This document shows, in pieces, positions 16,017 through 23,820 of a stretch of DNA of 64,000 nucleotides (the stretch's first letter is position 1; each line of letters opens with the position of its first letter). The stretch comes from Verrucomicrobiota bacterium (GTDB taxonomy: Bacteria > Verrucomicrobiota > Verrucomicrobiia > Chthoniobacterales > Chthoniobacteraceae): assembly GCA_026398235.1 (NCBI GenBank), contig JAPLTE010000040.1, positions 578-64,577 of the forward strand, written 5' to 3'. The position numbers and the translations under genes were made by a program. The notes under the pieces were generated by a model. The model was given only the letters and a program-made list of their open reading frames with translations, was not told where the DNA came from and made no database searches.

Positions 16017-18554
16017 ATGAACCGTCGCGATTTGCCGATTTTTGAACTCGAGAGCGCGCTCGTCGCTGCCCTGGCGCGCGATGCGCGGCTCGTGTTGCAG
16101 GCGCCGACCGGCTCGGGTAAATCGACGCAAGTCCCGCAGATGCTCCTGGACAATGGGCTCTTGGGCGAGGGGGAAGTGGTCGTGTTGCAACCGCGCCGAC
16201 TCGCCACACGGATGCTGGCGGCGCGCGTGGCGCAGGAACGCGGCTGCCGTTTGGGGGACGAGGTCGGTTTTCAAATCCGTTTCGATAAAGCGACCTCGGC
16301 CAAAACGCGCATCCGGTTTGTCACCGAAGGGGTGCTCTTGCGCCAGATGTTGAACGATCCGGGGCTGCGCGGCGTCTCGGCGATTCTCTTCGATGAATTC
16401 CACGAACGGCATCTTTATGGCGACATCACGCTGGCTCGTGCGCTCGATTTGCAGGCTGCGCGTCGGCCCGATCTGAAGCTCGTCGTGATGTCCGCCACCC
16501 TGGATACAGCGGGCCTGGAGCGCTACCTCGCGCCGTGTGCGATGCTTCAAAGCGAGGGCCGCACCTTTCCCGTGGAGATCCGCTATCTGCAACGGGCCGT
16601 GCGCCCGGAGCAAACGATGGTTTGGGATCTGGCGGCCGACGAACTGGAGCGGCTCGCTCCTTGCACCGAAGGGGATGTGCTTATTTTCATGCCGGGAGCG
16701 TACGAGATTTCGCGGACCATTGGAGCCATTCGCAATGCGCGCGTGGGCAGTCAATTTGTGGTGCTGCCGTTGCATGGGGAACTACCCGTGGCCGACCAGG
16801 ATGCCGCGGTTGCGCGGTATCCCAAGCGCAAGGTGATCGTCTCCACGAATGTGGCTGAGACTTCGCTGACGATTGATGGCGTGCGGGTCGTAATCGATGG
16901 CGGGCTTGCGCGCATCGCCCGGTTCGATCCGTATCGCGGGATCAACACACTGCTGGTCGAGAAGATTTCGCGTGCCTCCGCCGAACAACGTGCGGGCCGC
17001 GCGGGCCGCACCGCGCCCGGTGTGGCGCTGCGGCTTTGGACGGAGCGCGAACACCTCGAGCGCGCCGCGCAGGAGTTGCCCGAAGTAAAGCGCCTGGATC
17101 TTTCCGAAGTGGTCTTGACACTCAAAGCGAGCGGGGTGGATGACGTCGCGGCTTTTCGCTGGCTCGAAGCTCCGGAGCCACGTTCCCTGGAACGCGCGGA
17201 GACGCTGCTGCGCGACCTCGGGGCCTTGGACGATACCACCGGGAAAATCACCGAACTGGGCCGCAGGATGTTGGCGTTCCCGCTCCACCCCCGCTACGCG
17301 CGCATGTTGTTGGCGGCGGAGGAATACGGTTGCGTGCGCGAAGTGGCGCTTGTGGCGGCGCTCACGCAAGGGCGCAACCTGCTTCGGCGCTCCGATACCG
17401 CGATGGACGAAGCCCGTGAACGGGCGCTGGGCGAAGATCACGCTTCGGATTTGTTTTTGATCATGCGCGCCTGGCAGATGGCCAACGGCAACGGGGATAT
17501 CGCGCGTGCGCTGGGGGTCAACGCCATCGCCGCGCGCGAGGCGGGGCAACTCTGTGAACAGTTTTTAAAGATAGCAAAAGCCGAGGGACTCTCGATTTCC
17601 GACCGGACGGCACCGGAGCTTTCCACCGAGGAAGCCGTGTCCAAATGCGTGCTGGCGGGGTTCCCGGATCAACTTGCTGTGCGGCTCGACCAAGGCACGT
17701 TGCGTTGTGCGTTGGTCCATGGCCGCAAGGGGGTGCTGGCGCGCGAAAGCGTGGTGCGCGATGCCCCGCTTTTCGTCGCCGGTGAAGTGCGGGAGGTCAG
17801 CGGCAAAGACGGCGTGCAAACCTTGCTCTCGATGGCTACGGCCATCCGTGAAGAATGGCTGCGGGAGCTGTTTCCCGACGCGTTTTCCGAACATGTGGAG
17901 GTGTTTTACGAAAAGACCTTGCGCCGCGTGATGGCTCGCCGGGAATCGCGTTTTCGTGATCTCGTTCTCAAGAGCAGCCAGACCGATAAAGCGCCTCCGA
18001 GCGAGGCAGCCGCTTTGCTTGCCCGCGAAGTCCTCTCGGGAAACTGCCCGCTGGAGCATTGGGACCACGCCGTGGATCAATGGATCGTGCGGCTCAACCG
18101 GCTTCGCCAATGGATGCCCGAATTGGAACTGCCCGCGCTGGGTGCTGAGGATCGCGCCGCTTTGATTGAGCAACTCTGCTACGGCGCGGCAACTTACAAG
18201 GAAATCAAAGAGCGCGCGGTATGGCCGGTGGTCAAATCGTGGCTGAGTCCGCAGCAGGAAGGATTCCTCGAAAAGTATGCTCCCGAGCGGCTGGAAATGC
18301 CGAACGCTCGCAAATTCAAGATTGCCTATGATCCCATGGGCCCGCCCACCATTGCCGTGCGCATCCAGGATTTATATGGCGTGGAGCAGAGCCTTTTCAT
18401 TGCCGCCGGGCGTGTGCCGGTGACGATCCAAGTGCTTGCGCCCAATCACCGCCCCATTCAAGTGACGCAAAATCTGGCGACCTTCTGGCGCGAATCGTAT
18501 CCCAAAATCAAACAGGAATTGCAGCGGCGCTATCCGCGGCATGTTTGGCAGTAA
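16017..18554 (+). CDS. hrpB: ATP-dependent RNA helicase HrpB (DEAH box)
   Basis: APTGSGKST, FDEFHER (DEFH), SATL, TNVAETSLTIDGV, QRAGRAGR, and a C-terminal HrpB-specific domain. ATG 16017 (MNRRDLPIFE) preferred over TTG 15981. Confidence 0.95.
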   Translation: MNRRDLPIFELESALVAALARDARLVLQAPTGSGKSTQVPQMLLDNGLLGEGEVVVLQPRRLATRMLAARVAQERGCRLGDEVGFQIRFDKATSAKTRIRFVTEGVLLRQMLNDPGLRGVSAILFDEFHERHLYGDITLARALDLQAARRPDLKLVVMSATLDTAGLERYLAPCAMLQSEGRTFPVEIRYLQRAVRPEQTMVWDLAADELERLAPCTEGDVLIFMPGAYEISRTIGAIRNARVGSQFVVLPLHGELPVADQDAAVARYPKRKVIVSTNVAETSLTIDGVRVVIDGGLARIARFDPYRGINTLLVEKISRASAEQRAGRAGRTAPGVALRLWTEREHLERAAQELPEVKRLDLSEVVLTLKASGVDDVAAFRWLEAPEPRSLERAETLLRDLGALDDTTGKITELGRRMLAFPLHPRYARMLLAAEEYGCVREVALVAALTQGRNLLRRSDTAMDEARERALGEDHASDLFLIMRAWQMANGNGDIARALGVNAIAAREAGQLCEQFLKIAKAEGLSISDRTAPELSTEEAVSKCVLAGFPDQLAVRLDQGTLRCALVHGRKGVLARESVVRDAPLFVAGEVREVSGKDGVQTLLSMATAIREEWLRELFPDAFSEHVEVFYEKTLRRVMARRESRFRDLVLKSSQTDKAPPSEAAALLAREVLSGNCPLEHWDHAVDQWIVRLNRLRQWMPELELPALGAEDRAALIEQLCYGAATYKEIKERAVWPVVKSWLSPQQEGFLEKYAPERLEMPNARKFKIAYDPMGPPTIAVRIQDLYGVEQSLFIAAGRVPVTIQVLAPNHRPIQVTQNLATFWRESYPKIKQELQRRYPRHVWQ

Positions 18555-18560
18555 AAACGA

Positions 18561-19658
18561 CTACCTCAATGCCTCGACGGCTGCGCGGATTTCCTCCAGC
18601 GTGACGTCCTTGGAGACGAACGCTTCGCCGAGTCGGGGGCAGAGCACAAACCGGACCTGGCCTTGCGCAAATTTCTTATCGGTGCGCAGGGCGGCCATGA
18701 GCGACTCGGTGGAAATATCTTCCGGCAACCGCAATGGCAGTTGGAACCGGGCGAGGGCGTCGAGCAGGAGTTGACTTTCCTCAGGGGCGAGCCCGGCTTT
18801 GAGCACCGAAAGGCGGCACGCGGCCACGAGTCCCAAGCTGATCGCTTCTCCGTGCAGAAACCGCCCGTATCCGGCGGCATTCTCGATGCCGTGGCCGACG
18901 GTGTGTCCAAAATTGAGCAGCGCGCGCAATCCCTTGGTCTCGTGTTCGTCCTCGGTGACAATGGCAGCCTTGATCTCCACGTTGCGCCGAATGATGCGAG
19001 CCAGCGCGTCGGGGTCGAACTGGAGATTCGGCGTGCAGAGCGCCTCCAGCAGCGAGCGGTCGCGGATGGCGGCATGTTTGACGATCTCGGCGATCCCTTC
19101 ATTAAATTCGCGGGGCGGCAGCGTTTGCAGCGTGGTGACATCCGCCAGCACGAACCGGGGTTGGTGGAAAGCGCCGATGAGATTTTTGCCGTGCGTGGCG
19201 TTCACGCCGGTCTTGCCGCCCACAGCGCTATCGACTTGCGCAATGACTGTCGTGGGGATTTGCACAAACGGCACACCCCGGTAGTAAATGGCAGCGACGA
19301 AACCGGCCAGGTCTCCCACGACCCCGCCGCCCAAGGCGACGACCCACGATTTGCGGTCGAGCCCTGCGGCAATCATTTGGTCGCAGACCTTTTCCACGAC
19401 CTCCATGGCCTTGGAAACCTCGCCCGCAGGGACGGTGATGAGGGTGGGGGAGTAACCCCCTGCCTTCAAGCTGGCCAGAACCGCCTCGCTATAGAGCGGG
19501 GCGACATTGCTGTCGGTTACGACGGCGCAGCGCTGGCCGAGTTCCGAGCCGAGTTCGTTCGCCCGGGGGCCGAGTTGCGCCAGAATGCCAGCGCCGATGT
19601 GCACAGAGTAGGCGCGGTCGCCCAGCGGGACGGGAACGGAAGGGATTTCGGAGTTCAT
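18561..19658 (-). CDS. aroB: 3-dehydroquinate synthase
   Basis: GGGVVGDLAGFVAAIYYRGVPFVQIPTT...DSAVGGKTGVN...NFGHTVGHGIE. Confidence 0.95.
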   Translation of the reverse strand: MNSEIPSVPVPLGDRAYSVHIGAGILAQLGPRANELGSELGQRCAVVTDSNVAPLYSEAVLASLKAGGYSPTLITVPAGEVSKAMEVVEKVCDQMIAAGLDRKSWVVALGGGVVGDLAGFVAAIYYRGVPFVQIPTTVIAQVDSAVGGKTGVNATHGKNLIGAFHQPRFVLADVTTLQTLPPREFNEGIAEIVKHAAIRDRSLLEALCTPNLQFDPDALARIIRRNVEIKAAIVTEDEHETKGLRALLNFGHTVGHGIENAAGYGRFLHGEAISLGLVAACRLSVLKAGLAPEESQLLLDALARFQLPLRLPEDISTESLMAALRTDKKFAQGQVRFVLCPRLGEAFVSKDVTLEEIRAAVEALR

Positions 19659-19781
19659 GGGAAGCGCAAAAGCGAAAGATCAAGAAAAGCAGACCCAAAC
19701 CAAATTCCCAGCCGAAAATAGGAGGTACCACCTCCATTGGCTTGCCCTCAGCCCGTAGGAAGGCTAATCAATATCAAAACT

Positions 19782-20636
19782 ATGCCACTCACCCTCCTGA
19801 AAATTGCGTGTCCCGACCGGGTGGGCCTCTTGGCGCGACTCACCACTTTCGTTGCCTATCACGGCGGCAATCTGCTGGAAGTCAACCAGTTCACCGACCC
19901 GTTGAGTAAATGGTTTTTTGCCCGGTTGGCGATTGACACCCGCAGCCTCGCCCTGGACAGCGCTGCGTTGCACAAGGCGTTCGCCCCTCTGGCGGCGGAC
20001 CTGGAAGGGGAATGGACGATCCGCGAGACGAAGCAAAAGATGCGTGTCGTGATTCTGGTTTCCAAGCTGGACCATTGTTTGGCCGATCTGCTTTGGCGTT
20101 GGCGCTCGGGTGAACTGCCCATCGAAATCCCCCTCATCATTTCCAACCATGAGGAACTTAAATCGGTCGTGGAGCGCGAGGGGGTGCCCTTTGCGTATGT
20201 GCCGGTGACGCCCGAAACGAAACCGGCCGCTTTCGAGAAAATGGCGAGCTTGTTCTGCGAGGCGCGTGCCGATCTCCTCGTGCTCGCCCGCTATATGCAA
20301 ATCTTTCCCGGCGAACTCTGCAAGGAATGGCACGGGCGCCTCATTAACATCCACCATTCGTTTCTGCCGTCGTTTGCCGGGGCGAACCCGTACAAGCGGG
20401 CCTATGCACGGGGAGTCAAGCTCATCGGTGCCACCTGCCACTACGCTACCGCGGATTTGGATGCGGGCCCGATTATTGACCAAGAGGTGGTCCGCGTGGA
20501 GCATTTCCACACGCCTGAGGATTTGTTGCGCCTGGGCCGGGATTGCGAACGGATGGCGCTGGCGCGCGGCGTCCGCTATCATGTCGAAGACCGGGTGCTC
20601 ATCCACGGCAATCGCTCCATCGTGTTCAGGGATTGA
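19782..20636 (+). CDS. purU: Formyltetrahydrofolate deformylase
   Basis: ACT domain (LLKIACPDRVGLLARLT) plus formyltransferase core (INIHHSFLPSFAGANPY...GVKLIGATCHY). ATG 19782. Confidence 0.95.
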   Translation: MPLTLLKIACPDRVGLLARLTTFVAYHGGNLLEVNQFTDPLSKWFFARLAIDTRSLALDSAALHKAFAPLAADLEGEWTIRETKQKMRVVILVSKLDHCLADLLWRWRSGELPIEIPLIISNHEELKSVVEREGVPFAYVPVTPETKPAAFEKMASLFCEARADLLVLARYMQIFPGELCKEWHGRLINIHHSFLPSFAGANPYKRAYARGVKLIGATCHYATADLDAGPIIDQEVVRVEHFHTPEDLLRLGRDCERMALARGVRYHVEDRVLIHGNRSIVFRD

Positions 20637-21417
20637 TCGGCAAGGCCGCGATTTCCGGAATGGATGCGTTGCGCGGGCGCAGATCGGTGAGGAGTTCGAT
20701 TTTCCCATCAAAATTTTCCACCAGCGCCGAGCAGCTTTCCACCCAATCGCCGCAATTGTAGTAATCGACCTCTTCGATTTTACGAATGGCTGGCCAGTGA
20801 ATGTGCCCGCAGACGACCCCGGAAACGTGATCGGTTTCGGAGTAGCGCACAATGGATTTCTCAAACTCCCCGACAAAAGAGACCGCGTTTTTGACATTGC
20901 GCTTTACTGCCGAACTCAGCGACCAATAGCCAAGGCCGAGGTGCCTGCGCATCCAGTTAATCGGCTCGTTGAGTTTGAGCAGGAACTGGTAGCCGACATC
21001 CCCCACGAACGCCAGCCATTTGATGTTTTGCACCACGGTATCGAGCTCATGGCCGTGAATGACGAGCAGCCTGCGTCCGTCCGCCGTCTGGTGGATGGCG
21101 CGGCGCTCGATCTCCACCGCGCCGTAGTAGCCGATATATCCCGCAACGTATTCGTCGTGATTGCCAGGGATATACACCACCCGCGCCCCTTTGCGGCCGG
21201 CGCGCAGCAGCTTTTGGATGACGTCGTTGTGGGCCTGCGGCCAATAGATACCCCGGCGCATGGCCCAGATGTCGAGCAGGTCGCCGACGATATAGAGCGT
21301 TTCAAACTCATGGGTGCGCAGAAATTCCAAAAGCGCTTCGGCGGCACAGCCCTTGGTGCCAAGGTGAATGTCTGAAATCCACCCGCTGCGGTACTTTTTG
21401 ATCGGTTTGGAAAGCAT
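20626..21417 (-). CDS. LpxH-family metallophosphoesterase (UDP-2,3-diacylglucosamine diphosphatase-like)
   Basis: ISDIHLG, GDLLDIW, GNHDE, IHGHE and GHIH calcineurin-like motifs in LpxH order. The 3' end overlaps purU by 11 nt (convergent). Confidence 0.75.
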   Translation of the reverse strand: MLSKPIKKYRSGWISDIHLGTKGCAAEALLEFLRTHEFETLYIVGDLLDIWAMRRGIYWPQAHNDVIQKLLRAGRKGARVVYIPGNHDEYVAGYIGYYGAVEIERRAIHQTADGRRLLVIHGHELDTVVQNIKWLAFVGDVGYQFLLKLNEPINWMRRHLGLGYWSLSSAVKRNVKNAVSFVGEFEKSIVRYSETDHVSGVVCGHIHWPAIRKIEEVDYYNCGDWVESCSALVENFDGKIELLTDLRPRNASIPEIAALPINP

Positions 21418-21453
21418 TCCGGTAAACTTATCCGGGCATCATAGAAGCGTAAA

Positions 21454-21491
21454 GTGACAGTAGGGTGACGAGAATGTGACAATCCGGTGAC
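21454..21491. promoter_or_regulatory. Four GTGAC(R) motifs phased exactly 11 bp apart, 37-74 bp upstream of the LpxH-family gene start
   Basis: GTGAC begins at 21454, 21465, 21476 and 21487 (GTGACA, GTGACG, GTGACA, GTGACA). A regulatory role is inferred from the helical phasing and position only. Confidence 0.4.
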
Positions 21492-21612
21492 AATACGGCT
21501 CGGATCCGACTCTTGGATGACCCCTTTTTTCCGCAAAAAGAGGCCAGGGCCATTTGACAGAAGCGGTCCCTTGACCAACCGTTCCCTATGCTTGTTGAAG
21601 CCAATACCCCTG

Positions 21613-21664
21613 TCGAAAAAAAACGAAAGCGTACGATTGCTCAAATTCTGCGCGAAGCGTACGC
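21613..21664 (-). terminator. Candidate intrinsic terminator downstream of the EPS export genes
   Basis: On the minus strand, GCGTACG...CGTACGC form a 7-bp stem with a long loop, followed by TTTCGTTTTTTTTCG. The stem is weak and the T-run is strong. Confidence 0.35.
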
Positions 21665-21779
21665 CTGCCATTGTCGCGACCGGGCGACACGCGATGCCCT
21701 GCGGCGGTTGCTGAAGCGCTAGAGCCCCGTCCAGGGATCCTTTTCCCGGATCCCTGCGAGCCGGGAACCCTGCGCGCCA

Positions 21780-23816
21780 TTAGGCCACGTCGTTACAGAT
21801 CAGGCCCAGCACGTTGACTTGGCGCGCCGCAAGGAAATCGAGTGCCCGGCCTGCTTTGGCGGTCGAGGTTTGCCCGAAACGGATGACAAACAGCACCCCA
21901 TCGACAATGGGGGCGAAACTCAATGCGTCGACATTGTCCAAAATCGAGGCACTGTCGAAAATGATGTAGTCAAAATCGGGATAGATCTCTTTCAGGAAGG
22001 CTCCGAAATAGTGCTCGGCGGGGTAGGCGAGCGCTTCGCCACGCGGCAGCAGGAACAGGTTGTCGATGTTCGTTTGAACAACCGCTTCGGCCCAGCGCGT
22101 CTGTTGTTGGAGGACATTCAAGAGACCGATATCGGGCGAGGTTTCAAAAAGCTCGTGTAAATGGCCGCTGGTCAGGTTGCAGTCGATCAAGAGCGTTTTG
22201 GCTCCGGAAAAAGCGAGCGTAGCGGCGAGGTTGGCGGCAATCGCAGTTTTGCCTTCGCCAGGGGAGGCGCTGGTCACCATGAGCGCTTTGGGGCGCGCCC
22301 CTTCCACAGGGGTGAACAAGATGGATGAACGCAATGCTCTGAATGCCTCCAGAAGGGCATGGCGCGGATCATAAGGGACGAGCAGGGAAAGATCTCCCTC
22401 CATGTCATCCCGAGGAATTTGCCCGAGTACTGTATAATCCTGAAAATTCCCCCGGCATTCCACGAGCGAGCCGATGCGATCATCCGTTTTGTCGATGAGG
22501 AACAAGATGGCCAGACCCGCGAGAAGGCCTGTGGCAAAACCGCCGAACAAACTTTTGGCAAGGCTCGGCTTGGAGGAGATGGAAGGGGTTGCTCCTTCCA
22601 CCACCGTGAGCGGCTCCTGAGCGACGTTTTTGAACACATCCACGCTATGAAGTGTGGTGATGATTCTGTCGTATTGGTTTTTGTCGTGCTCGAGCTTGAG
22701 TTTGATGCGGTCCTGCTCGGCCAATCTTTGGCTGAGATCGGTCGCCTTGGCGCTCCATTCCCGGATCAAGGCCTGGAGATTCTGAATCTGGTATTCCAAG
22801 GATTGCTTGCGCATCTTGAGGACGTCCACGCTCTGCTGGCGGTAGTTGTCCATGCGATTTTCGGAGCTGCGAATTTCCTCCTCGATTTCAAGCACCTTCG
22901 GGTTTGCCGGGCGCATGCTCTTCAAAGCATCCGCATGCTTTTGCTTGAGCTCCATGATGACCTGCTTTTCCCGCTGGTACTCAATGATCGGCCCGTACGT
23001 GTTGTTGGAAAGGGAGGGGTCGAGGGTGCTGCTCATGGGGCTCCCGCCCCCTTTCGCCTTGCCCTGGGCATTTGTGAGCGTCGGCGATATTTGTTGCTCA
23101 CGCTCGATGTTTTGATCCAGGTTGAGGGTGTTGAGAAGGTTTAAGTTCGTCTTCAGCCCGGCGAGGTCGCGCTCCAATTGCGAAAGGTATTCGCCGGCGT
23201 TGTTGCCTTGGGCTTGCACGAACCCGTTCTTTTCCCGGAAAAGAAGCAGTTCCTGCTCGTCATCATTGGTTTCTTTTTCGAGCAGGATCAATTCATTGCG
23301 AAGGGTGGCGGTCATGCTGTCCGACTGGTCCACCCGCATTTCCCGCTTCATCGACATGTATTCCTGAATGGCGGCATCCAGGAACGCCTGCGTGTACAGG
23401 GGTTCGGGTCCCGTGGCGCGAAGGACAAGGAAGGAGGTACGCGGGGTCTGGTTTACATCCAAAGCGACGTTCACATGGAGCCAGTCCGGATGCTGGGTGT
23501 GGATTCTCGTTCGTGCGCGTTGGGCGACTTTTTCGCTCAACATCAACGCGAATTGGGTTCCGAGAAAGTCGCCCTGTTCTGTAACACGCGCGGTCCCTTC
23601 GATTTGGAATTGAGAGCTGATCACCATCCTTGCGGTGGAGATGTAGGAGGGGACGACGCGGATGCCGTTCCAGAAGGAGACAATCAGCCCCAAACTTACG
23701 GTGATTGCCGGAATCCACCAGAATTTCCGGAAGGTGATGGCATAGCGACTGGCGAAAACCTTGGCCTTCGCCAGGAGATCCGCCACCGAGAATTTGGTTG
23801 GGGTAGGGCTTGCCAT
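21780..23816 (-). CDS. Polysaccharide co-polymerase / BY-kinase-like protein (Wzc/GumC-like: Wzz domain + P-loop ATPase)
   Basis: N-terminal TM and Wzz-like region, long coiled coil, second TM, then Walker A SPGEGKT and the IIFDSASI (Walker B-like) motif. ATG 23816 (MASPTPTKF) avoids overlap with the upstream gene. Confidence 0.85.
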   Translation of the reverse strand: MASPTPTKFSVADLLAKAKVFASRYAITFRKFWWIPAITVSLGLIVSFWNGIRVVPSYISTARMVISSQFQIEGTARVTEQGDFLGTQFALMLSEKVAQRARTRIHTQHPDWLHVNVALDVNQTPRTSFLVLRATGPEPLYTQAFLDAAIQEYMSMKREMRVDQSDSMTATLRNELILLEKETNDDEQELLLFREKNGFVQAQGNNAGEYLSQLERDLAGLKTNLNLLNTLNLDQNIEREQQISPTLTNAQGKAKGGGSPMSSTLDPSLSNNTYGPIIEYQREKQVIMELKQKHADALKSMRPANPKVLEIEEEIRSSENRMDNYRQQSVDVLKMRKQSLEYQIQNLQALIREWSAKATDLSQRLAEQDRIKLKLEHDKNQYDRIITTLHSVDVFKNVAQEPLTVVEGATPSISSKPSLAKSLFGGFATGLLAGLAILFLIDKTDDRIGSLVECRGNFQDYTVLGQIPRDDMEGDLSLLVPYDPRHALLEAFRALRSSILFTPVEGARPKALMVTSASPGEGKTAIAANLAATLAFSGAKTLLIDCNLTSGHLHELFETSPDIGLLNVLQQQTRWAEAVVQTNIDNLFLLPRGEALAYPAEHYFGAFLKEIYPDFDYIIFDSASILDNVDALSFAPIVDGVLFVIRFGQTSTAKAGRALDFLAARQVNVLGLICNDVA

Positions 23817-23820
23817 GCGA

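Noticed and set aside
15291-16775. 494-aa minus-strand ORF
   Set aside because: It is antisense to the GH43 and hrpB genes, which have clear family motifs. Its composition (Arg/His/Pro/Gln-rich, no motifs) is typical of shadow ORFs in GC-rich DNA.
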